NCBI RefSeq assembly: GCF_006345805.1
Contig: NW_021836263.1
Location: 1-30,918, forward strand
Length of the DNA: 30,918 nucleotides
Direction: 5' to 3'
DNA from: Octopus sinensis
Lineage: Eukaryota
Of this stretch, positions 9,715 through 21,892 are shown in pieces; positions within the stretch are counted from its first letter, which is position 1, and every line of letters starts with the position of its first letter. The notes beneath the pieces were generated by a model, which was given only the letters and a program-made list of their open reading frames with translations, made no database searches and was not told the origin of the DNA. The translations under genes were made by a program, and so were the position numbers.

Positions 9715-10055
9715 GCAACCCTGACCGGATTAAAAGCAAAGTTAACATCGGCAAAATGCCGGGGCTGATATCGCCAGGCGTTTACGTTGATGATCGAACG
9801 ATTCTGCCAATTCATCGCCCTTAGAATAATAATTTCTGATATTGGCACAAGATTGCAAAAATATCGTTGGGGTAGTGCCATTGTCGATTAGATCGAACCC
9901 GATACTTATTTTAAAATTATTTATTTGTTGAGCACGGAAAGCAGAAAGGAAAAATTGCCTTTGGTAGGATTTGAACTCGGATGGTAAAGGTACGCTAATA
10001 AAACTCGCAAAGTATGCTTTCGATACTCTACTGATTCTAAGAGTTCACCACCCTT
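9715..10055 (-). mobile_element. Two adjacent, strongly decayed family A-related SINEs
   Basis: aaagcaaagttaacatcggc and aacgattctgccaattcatcgccc; ttggcacaag tail; ggatttgaactcgg B-box remnant. Confidence 0.55.
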
Positions 10056-10729
10056 TTGCTGCTTAATAATTATGGTAAATAGACTATTAGATAACATCTT
10101 AGTTGCATTTTTGTAAAAGAGACAATTGAAAACTGAATAGATTTTTCTGAAAAGTTATCTGGTTTGTTGGAAAAAGAGAGGTGGGGGGGGGCAAATATGA
10201 CTTGGAAAGAGCATGACTCAGAAAGATGGGGAGAGAGATAAAGCGTTCACGCGAGAGAGAGAGAGAGAGAGAGAAAGGGGGAGGGAGAGAGAAAGAAAGA
10301 AAAAGGGAGAGAGAGTGAGAGAGGGATGCGTATACATGATTGTGACTGAGATAGAGAGCGATGTGTATGTGTGTGTGCGTGCGGATCTACACACATGCAT
10401 ACGAAGGCTCGCATACACATTCGAACACATTCACACACACACACACACCACACACACAAACACGCACTTAAACGTGTGCACTCATAAACACACACACACA
10501 CACACACACACACAGGGAGATAAACAAATGTAGAAACCTCTTAATTAAGCCGTACAAGTCCTTGTAAATTCCGACTTCTATTTATGGAATTGTTTTGCTC
10601 AAGAGTTATAATTATCAAGTGAATGGCAACGTCATTAAAGGTTGACTCTCCTCCACAATCAATCCTAATTACAAAAATGTTGGCCATTGTAGAACCGAAT
10701 CCCATAGTGTCTTGGCGTCACGGCCGGCT

Positions 10730-11051
10730 GAGGATGATAATGAGTATATTGGTGGCAGTTGTTGTGATGGTCATGGTGGCTGGAGTGGTATTGGTGCCGG
10801 TGCTGCTGGTATTGGCTATAACGGTTATGATGACGCTTGGGATGAGGATGTTAGGGGGGTGGGGTGGTAACAGAGGCACTCTCGTTGATGATGATGATGA
10901 TGGTGCTGGTGACGGTGATGGCGGCGGCGGTGGCGGAGGCCCTGGTGGTGGTGGTTGTGGTGGAGGTGGTGGTGGCGGGGACAAAGCTGGTAATGATGCC
11001 GGTCATGATGATAGTGATAACACTATTGGGGTTAATGGTGAAAATAATTTC

Positions 11052-11116
<65 letters not shown>

Positions 11117-11140
11117 CAGCAGCAGCAGCAGCAGCAGCAG
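10730..11140. repeat. GGT/GAT-rich low-complexity tract with (AGT)n(AGC)n
   Basis: Trinucleotide repeats seen directly. Confidence 0.9.
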
Positions 11141-11862
11141 ATGAAGCTAATGTGAATGTTTCAAAGAAGAAGAAAAAAGAAAAAAAAATTCAAACAGGAC
11201 GCGGTAGACTGGATCGAGGCAGAAGTGGACCCAACTGGACTTGACTGGACTGGATTACTAACGAAGGTAATTTCTCTCTCTTTTCTTTCTTTCTTTCTTT
11301 CCTTCTTTCTTTCTTTCTAAACTAAAGAGTAATCAATATTCCTTTCATGAAGATGTCAATATAGCGTAATCAGTAAAGTTAACTTATGCTCGAGGGTGGA
11401 GTCGGCGGAGGGTGGTTTTGTTATAAGTCTTCAGCGCGTGGAGCTGACGGAGATGGTTTCGTCCTGTTTAACATCTGAGATTTCCTTTTACTTTCACTTT
11501 CAGCGCAGTCAGCATTACTCTGTATTTTGTCTAGAACAAAATTACTTAGATATAGATACAGATATCATACGTTGTCTATAAGATGCGATGGTGATGACTG
11601 GGACAGTTGAACATCAGATAAATATATGCCTTTGCGGTATTTACTTGTGGACTGACTAGGGTTCCAAGTTCAAATTCAACTAGAGACTGATATGATTTAT
11701 ATTCGGCGACCAGTTATATTGATTCGAATATATCTATTCACTACAAAAATGTCTTCCTGCTGTAATTTAGCAGATCGAAAAGTGCCACTTGCCATGTATT
11801 GATGTTATAAGTGCTGACATGATTTTAAATCAGTCTACGGTCGGATTTGATTTTTTTCCTTA

Positions 11863-11910
11863 ACATGGGTCCCTTGAAATAAGTAGACATGGGTTCCTTA
11901 AAATAAGTAG
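11863..11910. repeat. 24-bp tandem duplication
   Basis: acatgggtcccttgaaataagtag followed by acatgggttccttaaaataagtag (2 mismatches). Confidence 0.9.
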
Positions 11911-12242
11911 AACTTTTTCCCTAGCGTAGAACACATAGTCTGTATACTTCCTGGTGGTGATAGTGCTGGTGGTGGGACAGGTTCTTATGTTATTCTTACG
12001 AAAGGAAAGAGAAGTAAGTTGAGTTAGCAAACCAGGGAAATGTGGATCATTACACGTTAGTTTTTCAGAACTGTGATTTATCCTGGACAGTTAAAGCCAT
12101 ACTAGAGCTCGAAGCCAAAAGCTATTTTTCAAATGAATAAAAAAAAAAACTACATCTATTTAAGCGTTTGCTCATTATGGTTTTATGTACTCTGCATTGT
12201 TATCCTTTCTGTAATATTCCAAACTTTATTGATCTATTCTTT

Positions 12243-12335
12243 ATGACTCGAAACCCTTTTCACTTAATCGAATTTAGACCCATAACTTTGACAGGATCAA
12301 TAACAGCTTTATTCCTAACAACTGGCCTAACTTCA
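12243..12335 (+). pseudogene. cox3: NUMT: 5' end of mitochondrial cytochrome c oxidase subunit III
   Basis: Invertebrate mitochondrial code gives MTRNPFHLIEFSPMTLTGSMTALFLTTGLTS, matching the COX3 N-terminal pattern PFHLVExSPWPLTGS; the conserved WP is lost and similarity ends after about 31 codons. Confidence 0.85.
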
Positions 12336-12809
12336 GTTGTTTGGAATAATTGAAGTTTAAGTTGATTAACGAAGACAGTGATAAAGAAATAAATAAATGA
12401 TGGATTACTCTAAAAAGTGAAAGTAAAAAGCTGATAGGCTCAATTCCAAATAACGACTAAAAGGTAATTCTCTAAGAGTATAAGGAGAAATCAACGAGAT
12501 AGGGCCAAGAAAATTGAAATTATTTATAAACGAAACATCTGCGGTCAAAGAAGATCTCATATTTGTCCATGTATATCTAGACACCGATAAGATTTTTTTA
12601 AATTAAAATTGGCAGTAACCGATGCTTACAAGTTCTCTTTTTCCTCACCAACATTGTTTATCCAAAAGGAACATTGTCGATTTATGTATCGAGTACTTGG
12701 TACCAATGTCGCCGCAAGAATTGCTGCCACAATGCGAAGAACATGGACAAATACCACAAAGCATCATGCATGACATTCTGAAACTACTGCCAAAGCCACC
12801 GTTCTTGAT

Positions 12810-12947
12810 CGGTATATTCTATCGAGCTCGAAATGATGAAAGACAAATTTGAACTCGGTGGGATTTGAACTCAGAGCACAGAAAGTCGGAGCAAATGTCG
12901 TGAGGCATTCTACCCGACACCCTAACGATTCTGCCAAGTTCCTGCCC
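12810..12947 (-). mobile_element. Decayed family A-related SINE
   Basis: gatgaaagacaaa..ggatttgaactcagag..ctaacgattctgcca. Confidence 0.7.
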
Positions 12948-13344
12948 TAAAGTTAGTTAATATCTGACATAAAATGCAACTTTTGATGATACAAAATAAC
13001 AGATGTCTGATTTTTTTTCAAACTAGATATGAAATGCATATTATTTAACAATGGTACAAGATTATAAATTTTGTGTTAGAGGCGTCTTCTTTATTTCCGA
13101 TCCACTTTATATTATATATCGGTCAGTCTTTGGACTGTTCCATCGCTAAATCACTTTTTTCTTTGGAAAAAAAAAGGATTGTTATGATCTAAAACCTTCA
13201 TGAAGAAGGGATGATGTGGTTTATTACGACTTTATTCACAGTGCATTATGACCAATTTAGAGAGTGAGAAACGGAAGGAGGGAGAGAGAGAAGGAAAGAA
13301 AGACAGAAAGAAAGAAACAGACAAAAAAGAAGAATTTTATCGAG

Positions 13345-13575
13345 GGCGATCTGGCAGAATCATTAGCACGCCGAGCAAAATGCGTAGCCGTATTTCGTCT
13401 GCCGTTACGTTCTGAGTTCAAATTCCGCCGAGATCGACTTTGCCTTTCATCCTTTCGGGGTCGATAAATTAAGTACCAGTGACGCACTGAGGTCGATATA
13501 ATCGATTTAATCCCTTTGTCTGTCCTTGTTTGTCCCCTCTGTATTTAGCCCCTTGTGGGTAGTAAAGAAATAGGT
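13345..13575 (+). mobile_element. SINE family A, young subfamily, with 11-bp TSD
   Basis: TSD attttatcgag at 13334-13344 and 13576-13586; body gttctgagttcaaattccgccgagatcgactttgcctttcatcctttcggggtcgataaattaagtacc. Confidence 0.95.
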
Positions 13576-14088
13576 ATTTTATCGAGTTTGAAAGCTGACT
13601 TTACAATTCTTTAATTTGAGGATTCTACCTATCAACAATCTTCACTTTCCCTTAAAAACAGTTAGGTCACGTCGAGTAATGTAGCTATAGATAGATGATA
13701 CCTGATAGATAAAAACAAAAGAAAACCCGGATGGTTTATATATTTACTCAATTAAAGTTTTCCTACTGCCAAACTACAACAACACCAAATATTAGTGACG
13801 GCAATTTAACATGCAGTTAAGAGCAAATGTGTATTGTCTAACGTAATACTGGCCATAATGTTTCAATCTTGAATACTGGATGTTACACAAACATTTTAAT
13901 CGTTGTTGAGATTATTAAAATAACACCAATTTCATGGCCAGAAAGTATTATACGAACATTTATTAAATTAAACAATTATTGCCTTTTGTTTCCGTTTTTA
14001 TACTCTGCCCTCTAGTGCGTATTAGTAATAAATCAATGAACACAAAAAGTGAAGAACTAATTCATCTAATTTGGCAGACTTTATTTTA

Positions 14089-14089
14089 T

Positions 14090-14134
<45 letters not shown>

Positions 14135-14137
14135 GTT

Positions 14138-14195
<58 letters not shown>

Positions 14196-14301
14196 CCATA
14201 CATCATCATCATCATCGATACCATCGTCATCATTATATTCATCATTGTCATCGTATCATCTTCGTTTCCATCACCGTAGTCGATCTTGTCAATATCTACT
14301 T

Positions 14302-14353
<52 letters not shown>

Positions 14354-14368
14354 ACCACCACCACCACC

Positions 14369-14434
<66 letters not shown>

Positions 14435-14480
14435 ATTACTATTACTACTACAACTGCTGTTGTTGTTATTGTTGTTGTTA
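14089..14480. repeat. Compound trinucleotide microsatellite (CAT)n-(TAC)n-(CAC)n-(TAC)n-(TGC)n-(TGT)n
   Basis: Tandem repeats seen directly. Confidence 0.96.
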
Positions 14481-14829
14481 TTTCCTCAAGTCCTGATCGA
14501 TGGATCACCATTTTAGTCTTCACACTGAACTGAATTTCATTTTTGATTTTTGTTAATATATATTTACTTATTTCTTAGCCATAATTTTGCTGAGGGAGCA
14601 TAAACCTGTAGCCACACACACTCTGACCGACGCTTCACGCACACGAACGCATACATCGTACTGCACAAACACACACACACACACAGCCACAGGCAATGCA
14701 AAGAGAGAATGCAAAGCAAACACAGAAACTGATACAAATACAAATCATAAACACAAATAATGACTGAAAACGACCGAAATGAGTAAGTGTAGGAAACCAG
14801 AAACAGACAAGCACACACTCACAGTTGAG

Positions 14830-14862
<33 letters not shown>

Positions 14863-15330
14863 GGAGGAGGAGGAGGAGAAGGAGGAGGAGGGGAAAGAAG
14901 AAGGGAGAGAGGAGGAAGAAAAAATGGTGATGGTGATGATGATGATAATGATGATGATGAGGAGGAGGGGGGGAAAAGAGGAGGGAGAGAGGAGGAAGAG
15001 AAAATGGTGATGGTGATGATGATGATAATGATGATGATGATGAGGAGGAGGAGGTGGAGGGGTAAAGGGGAAAGGAGAAGGGAGAGAGGAGGAAGAGAAA
15101 ATGGTGATGGTGGTGATGATGATGATGATGATGAGGAGGAGGAGGAGGAGGGAGGGGAAAGGAGAAGGGAGAGAGGATGAAGAGAAAATGGTGATGGTGA
15201 TGATGATGATAATGATGATGATGATGATGAGGAGGAGGAGGAGGGGGAAAGGAGGTGGGAGAGAAGAGGAAGAGAAAACGGTGATGGTGGTGATGATGAT
15301 GATGATGATGACGACGACGAGGATGATGAC
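14830..15330. repeat. Higher-order minisatellite, about 5 units of 80-100 bp built from (GAT)n(GAG)n plus a conserved purine linker
   Basis: Linker gggaaaggagaagggagagaggaggaagagaaaatggtgatggt recurs near 14890, 14970, 15068, 15156 and 15245. Confidence 0.9.
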
Positions 15331-15599
15331 GTGTACGATGGTGATATTTATGATGTCAATGATGACGAGATTAGGTCGATTATGAAAATGAAGACAGTGG
15401 TGGTATTAATGATAATGATTATGGTCATCATCATCATCATCATCGTCTTCATCAACACTATCTCCATGCTACTGCTGCTGCTGCTGTTGATGATGATGAC
15501 AAGGCGTGTGTGAATGACATGAGTAAACGACAACTGCAATCCGATGACGCCAGGGATTCCGATGATGAAGTTGGCAATGGTGGTCGTGGCAGTAATGGA

Positions 15600-15639
15600 A
15601 TGACTGTTGATGAAACTAATGAATCTGATGATGATGATA

Positions 15640-15685
<46 letters not shown>

Positions 15686-16085
15686 CGATGGTGGTGATGA
15701 TTATGATGATGATGATAGTGATGATGACGACGATAATGATGATGACGACGGTGATGATGATGATGATGATGATGATCGTGGTGGTGGTGGTGATGATGAT
15801 GATGATGGTGATAATGATGATGATGATGATAATGATGATGATAGTTATGGTGTTCGAAGGAGTGCATGCAATGAGGTACGTTGTGGTGTAGTGTGTGTTG
15901 GTGGTTGGGCTCGTCATGATGGTAGTGGGGATGGTAGCGGTGGTGGTGGTGGTGGCGGTGGTGGTGGTGGTGGTGGTGGTGGTGGTGGTGGTGGTGGTGG
16001 TGTGGTGGTGGTGGTGGTGACAGTGGTAGTGGTGACAGTGGTAGTAGTGACAGGGGACGTGGTGACAGTGGTGGTAGTGGTGCCA
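15600..16085. repeat. (GAT)n and (GGT)n microsatellite tracts
   Basis: Tandem repeats seen directly. Confidence 0.95.
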
Positions 16086-16644
16086 TAATGAAGAGTGTTA
16101 TCATGACCACAAGTAAAACGAGAACATCTTCAGTTAAGAAAATAGGAAACATGAAAATGAATATAAACCTGAATAAAAAAACCCAAATTTCTCTAAATTT
16201 TAAGAAAATACATTGAATTTGGAGGTTATTTACTTATAAAGTAATCAATACTTGAAAGATAATTTGGTTTGTTTCAAAAGAGGGGAAAGGTGATGAAGGG
16301 GAGATGATGTTAGCGGTGGAGGAAATGATGCAAAGAGGGGGATGAGGAAGAAAATAAGATAAGGGTAAGAGAATTAAGGAAAGGTGGGAAAGTCAACAGG
16401 GAGTTGGACTAAGGAAACGAAACGGAATAATGATGAGTCAGAGACACACACGAATACAGTGAGAGTGAGAGAGTGAGAAAAAGATGAAAAGAGGGAGAGA
16501 GAGAGAGAGAGAGAGAGAGAAAGTGATGAGGAGAGAGCTACAAGAACCATTGACGTTCCATGTTTATTCGGGCTCCACATAGATGCATTCTTTATGTCTC
16601 TGTATATACATACCACAAACTCTGCTACTCTCTATGCATGTATA

Positions 16645-16837
16645 GGTATACATACATACATACATACATACATACATACATACATACATACATACATACA
16701 TACATACATACATACTTACATACAAACATGCATACACACACACAATGCATGTGTATAAATATATATATATACATTACATACATGCAGACATGTTAAGACA
16801 CACACACACACATATAAATATACACAAACACACATGC

Positions 16838-16875
<38 letters not shown>

Positions 16876-16950
16876 GTATGTGTGTGTACGAATGTATGTA
16901 TGTATCATATATATGTATATAGGTAGGTATGCACACACACACACACACAC

Positions 16951-17016
<66 letters not shown>

Positions 17017-17475
17017 TATATATATAATTCAAAGGTAGGACAAAAAGAACATAACGAACGGAATCGATCAAAACATATATATACACACACACATATATAT
17101 ATATTACATACACACACATATGCATACATACATGCAATCATGTAAACAAACACACATATATATGAATACACACACAACACACAAGCATGTATATATATAT
17201 ATGTACGTATGCATCATATATATATGTGTACATATACATATATATATATATACATATATATAAACACATATATACATCCATATATATAGATATACAAAGA
17301 GAGAGAAGAGAAGAGAGAGAGGGGGAGAGATAGATTGACTGATTCATATTCATACTTATGATATATATATATATAATATATATATATATATATACTTATG
17401 CATCAAAATATACATTTATATGTTGTGTGTTCATAAGTATAAGAGCACATAAACACACGTGCGTTTTTGTGTATG

Positions 17476-17518
<43 letters not shown>

Positions 17519-17690
17519 ATATTATATATATGCATACTTGCCTGTGTATGTATATGTATTTGCCTCCGTGTTTGTGGCTATGTATGCATGCGTTTATGTG
17601 CATGTGTGTGTGCATGTGTGTGTGTGTGTGTGTGTATGTGTGTGTGGTGTGTGTGTGTGTGTGTGTGGTGTGTGTGTGTTTGGTGTTGGT
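16645..17690. repeat. Extended (CATA)n/(CA)n/(TA)n/(TG)n microsatellite field
   Basis: Tandem repeats seen directly. Confidence 0.95.
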
Positions 17691-18815
17691 GCGTTTCGAA
17701 ACAGCATTAACGAAGACGAAAAACATTGATGGACGCTTGAGAGTAAAAACAGCTTATAATTGGGCGAGCAAGGCGTGGGCGAGAGGCGGCTGTGAAAGAT
17801 GATTTATTTCGCTCTGATCATTCAATTTCTCATTTAGCCTTGAGCAAACATGCCGAAAAATATCGATATTGCCCTTCGTTTTACCCACAACTTTATTTAT
17901 TGTAGCTTTAGTTATCCTTTATATTATACTTTTCAATAACAAACATACAAAAAAATATTTTATTTTTATTGTTTTTGTTTACTTTGCGGGTGAGAGGGTG
18001 GATGTTTATTATAAAGTAAGAATTGGAAAGAAACATACAATTAAAAAACAAAGCTTCTAAATTATAACGAGGTGATTGCGGTAGTGTTGTGGTAGTAGTG
18101 GGAGTAATAGTAGCAGTTGTTGTTGTTGTTGTTTTTGTTGTTGTTTTGTTGTTACTGTGAAAACAACAAAACAAGTAGTATTCGATAGTGAACATTCAGT
18201 AAACATGATAGAATTTGGTGTGTGTGTGTCTCTGTGTGTGTGTTGTGTGTGTGTGTGTGTGTGTGTTGGTGTGCGTTTCGAAACAGCATTAACGAAGACG
18301 AAAAACATTGATGGACGCTTGAGAGTAAAAACAGCTTATAATTGGGCGAGCAAGGCGTGGGCGAGAGGCGGCTGTGAAAGATGATTTATTTCGCTCTGAT
18401 CATTCAATTTCTCATTTAGCCTTGAGCAAACATGCCGAAAATAATCGATATTGCCCTTCGTTTTACCCACAACTTTATTTATTGTAGCTTTAGTTATCCT
18501 TTATATTATACTTTTCAATAACAAACATACAAAAAAATATTTTATTTTTATTGTTTTTGTTTACTTTGCGGGTGAGAGGGTGGATGTTTATTATAAAGTA
18601 AGAATTGGGAAAGAAAACAATACAATTAAAAAACAAAGCTTCTAAATTATAACGAGGTGATTGCGGTAGTGGTTGTGGTAGTAGTGGGAGTAATAGTAGC
18701 AGTTGTTGTTGTTGTTGTTTTTGTTGTTGTTTTGTTGTTACTGTGAAAACAACAAAACAAGTAGTATTCGATAGTGAACATTCAGTAAACATGATAGAAT
18801 TTGGTGTGTGTGTGT

Positions 18816-18820
<5 letters not shown>
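17691..18820. repeat. Near-identical tandem duplication, period ~582 bp, bounded by (TG)n
   Basis: gcgtttcgaaacagc starts at 17691 and 18273; copies differ by a few small indels. Confidence 0.97.
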
Positions 18821-18849
<29 letters not shown>

Positions 18850-19031
18850 ATATATATAAATATATATCATTTTGTGTGTGTATGTATATCAGTCTACCAA
18901 TCTGTCTCACTATTTTTCACTCTTTCCTTCTCTCTCTTCCTCTCTCTCTATGTGTGTATGTATATATATATATATACACACACACGTACATATATTCATA
19001 TATGTGTATACATACATATATATTTATGTAC

Positions 19032-19083
<52 letters not shown>

Positions 19084-19100
19084 ATATATGTGAGTGTGTG

Positions 19101-19137
<37 letters not shown>

Positions 19138-19171
19138 CATATATATATATATGCACACACACACACACAGA

Positions 19172-19476
19172 ATACATATCGCTTCTGCACCCTCCAGATT
19201 TAGTACCTGCGGACTTCCATCTCTTCCCCAAGATGGAAATCCAGTTCAAAGATCGGTGTTTAGTATCGTTGTCGAAATCCAGAACAGATCACCGAACGTC
19301 CTCGACTCGCTTACGAAAAACGATTTCTAAGCTGAATTCCTCAAGTGGCAGCAATGCTGGGACCGGTCTGTGACTGCGCAAGCTGACTATTTCCAAAGAA
19401 ATTATGTAAAAAACTTAGGTTAATAAGTTCTTTTTTCTTAAACACAACTCCGGGGTCCTTTTAATACCGCCATGTA
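19172..19476 (+). mobile_element. 3' fragment of a mariner transposon (transposase C-terminus pseudogene plus probable 3' TIR)
   Basis: [17 protein letters not shown] (YSP of YSPDLAPxD deleted), then after a frameshift [33 protein letters not shown]; ends ccttttaataccgccatg followed by TA. Confidence 0.85.
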
Positions 19477-19485
19477 CATACATAA

Positions 19486-19701
19486 TCTTTACTCTTTTGC
19501 TTGTTTCAGTCATTTGACTGTGGCTATGCTGGAGCACCACCTTTAGTCGAGCAAATAGACCCCAGGACTTATTCTTTGTAAGCCTAGTACTTATTCTATC
19601 GATCTCTTTTGCCGAACTGCTAGGTTACGGGGACGTAAACACACCTGCATCGATTGTCAAGCGATGTTGGTGGGACAAACTCAGACACACAAACATATAC
19701 A

Positions 19702-19744
<43 letters not shown>

Positions 19745-19756
19745 ACACACACACAC

Positions 19757-19793
<37 letters not shown>

Positions 19794-19935
19794 GCATATA
19801 TACGATGAGCTTCTTTCAGTTTCCGCCTACCAAATCCACTCACAAGACTCTTGCCCAAGGTTCCACGCATTGGGACTGAACCAGGAACCATGTGGTTCGT
19901 AAGCAAGCTATTTACTACACAGCCACTCCTACACC
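19486..19935 (-). mobile_element. SINE family B with expanded internal (CA)n/(TA)n tract
   Basis: Reverse complement of 7151-7556; internal microsatellite at ~19685-19802. Confidence 0.93.
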
Positions 19936-20235
19936 TCATATATATGTGCAAATATACATACATGCACTCTTTATTGATACCTACATACATACGTACGTGC
20001 ATACATACATACATACATACAGACAGACAGAGCCAGTTATGATTTCGCATTTTGATGCTTCTCAACGCTCATCAGTGGCTCTCACCGCGCCTAGGGTTAA
20101 ACTCATCACGCCTTATCAGCTTATAATATTTCTGTTGAAATCATGTACTGATTTCATAAACGGTGAAAGTGAATATTATAAATAATATGGGTGGCTAATT
20201 CACAATTTTACAACCTAAAGGCAGAAATATAGACA

Positions 20236-20440
20236 TCACTAAAGTGACAAAGAGCACCATTCAGCACCAGTACTACTAGAAATAAGAATCAAAACAACTC
20301 ACTAACCACAAAATCATTACCTTAATGAGCTTGTCTCCCTTGTTACCTCATTAAGATAGTGCTTTTGTGGTTATTGAGTTGTTTTGACTCTTATTTCTAG
20401 CAATACTTGTGCTGATTGGTGACCTTGTTCACGTCAGTGA
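20236..20440. repeat. Imperfect ~94-bp inverted repeat (hairpin/MITE-like)
   Basis: ctagaaataagaatcaaaacaactca..cttaatgag pairs with ctcattaag..tgagttgttttgactcttatttctag across a 17-nt loop. Confidence 0.85.
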
Positions 20441-20844
20441 CTTGTATCATTCAACCACTACCGTGGTTGCATCTTCTCTTAAGTCCACCATTTCGTAAAT
20501 CGCAGCAGCTTCCAAGCTTCACCACTAATTCAGTTCTCAACTAAATTGCAAACTGTTAATAGTCTTAAAGAGGACACCTCCTCAGCTACACGTTGACATA
20601 AATAGTTTGACATAAGTTACATCAAAATATCTGTGACCTCAAGGGGGGCAGTAAGGCAGATATTCATCTTCAATTAACAATTTTTTTTAAATTTTAAATT
20701 AAAAATATACTTTTCTTACGCTTAAATGATAGAAAATTGCATGAGAAATTCAGAATCGTTAGTCGCATTGAACAAAAATTAGTGGCAAAACATTTATGAG
20801 GAAAAAATGTTACAAAATTTAATGTCTGTAAGTAAGGAATGTCT

Positions 20845-20897
20845 GCAGGTAAGTCTTTACGTTTTGCGTTCAAATTTCGCCGATGTCGACTTTGACG
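20845..20897 (+). mobile_element. Short family A SINE fragment
   Basis: ctttacgttttgcgttcaaatttcgccgatgtcgactttg. Confidence 0.6.
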
Positions 20898-21892
20898 TAC
20901 ACATTATTTAATAATTTTTTTAAAACTAAACACTGTCAAACTTCCGATACTGATTGAATGTGTCACATAGTACACAGTTTACTCTTAACGTTTTTGACAA
21001 AGTTTTGTATTTTAGAAGTTATTTCGTCAGAAGTTACAGGGTGACAATAGACAAATATGTGTTTGATAAGTGCCAATTCACGAAACTCTCAGCTTTTGAC
21101 TTACTCTCTAACTTCTGCCGATGATATATATATATATACATATTATATATATGTGTAAAAAAATCTCATCACGCAATCGAACCAATGAAAGAGTCTCTAC
21201 CTCGTCGCTCGACAAGCTAAAAATGGCACCCAAAGTATCCCCCTGCCTAAATCACACGCCCATTGTATGTAATGTCCTAGATTATCCCTAAGAAAAAAAA
21301 ACGGTTTGCTGAAGGCTGGAATGTCTTTGATGATAGGTTTGCAGTATCAGTGTTAATTTGAGGCTAAATAACAACAGCATTATAGTAAATTTCTATATTA
21401 ACCCCCGCACGATTTTCACTAAGATTTTTTGCGCGGAATCAAGTTCCCTGACCTCCTAATATGCTGCAAATCTCTTATTTTGGTTCGGAAAAAATGAGAT
21501 GGGAGGCTCCCCACTCCCCAATCCCGGAATCATTGGAAATTTTTTTTTCGTTGAATGAATTCCTGTAACCTCCTAATATTGCAAAATTAGGTTACTTAAG
21601 GTGAGCCTGGTAACTGATGGTTTTGGGGTCTTGTTGATTGTAACTTTTGGTGATCCATGGTGCAACCAACAGCATGATAAAAATCCTTGCCATTAATTTG
21701 GTGTGGATGGGTACTATCAAATAATTCAATCACAACATATATTTAAATTAAATGTGAAAAAAATTGAAATATTATCCTCACTTACATGGAAAAATTGAAA
21801 TATTATCTTTGAGTATTTTATAAGGTAAAACCTTAAATTATTGACATATTATTAATTATCTTATAACAAGCAATGCTTGGAAAAATCATGGA

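Noticed and set aside
10623-11244. ORFs with hydrophobic, Gly-rich and poly-Ser stretches resembling a membrane protein
   Set aside because: Translations of trinucleotide low-complexity DNA.
13979-14533. Poly-Ile/His/Tyr/Thr ORFs
   Set aside because: Compound microsatellite.
14830-15330. Repeat-spacer appearance suggestive of a CRISPR array
   Set aside because: Spacers are microsatellites, not unique sequences; eukaryotic context; no cas genes.
15510-16088. 192-aa poly-Asp/poly-Gly ORF and overlapping poly-His, poly-Ile and poly-Met ORFs
   Set aside because: Several frames are open only because of (GAT)n/(GGT)n repeats; no domain or exon evidence.
20635-21120. Possible non-autonomous DNA transposon starting at aaggggggcagta
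   Set aside because: No matching second terminus or TSD found.
21398-21720. TTAA-CCCC start suggestive of a piggyBac-like end, with internal repeat acctcctaatat
   Set aside because: No partner GGG-TTAA terminus seen.
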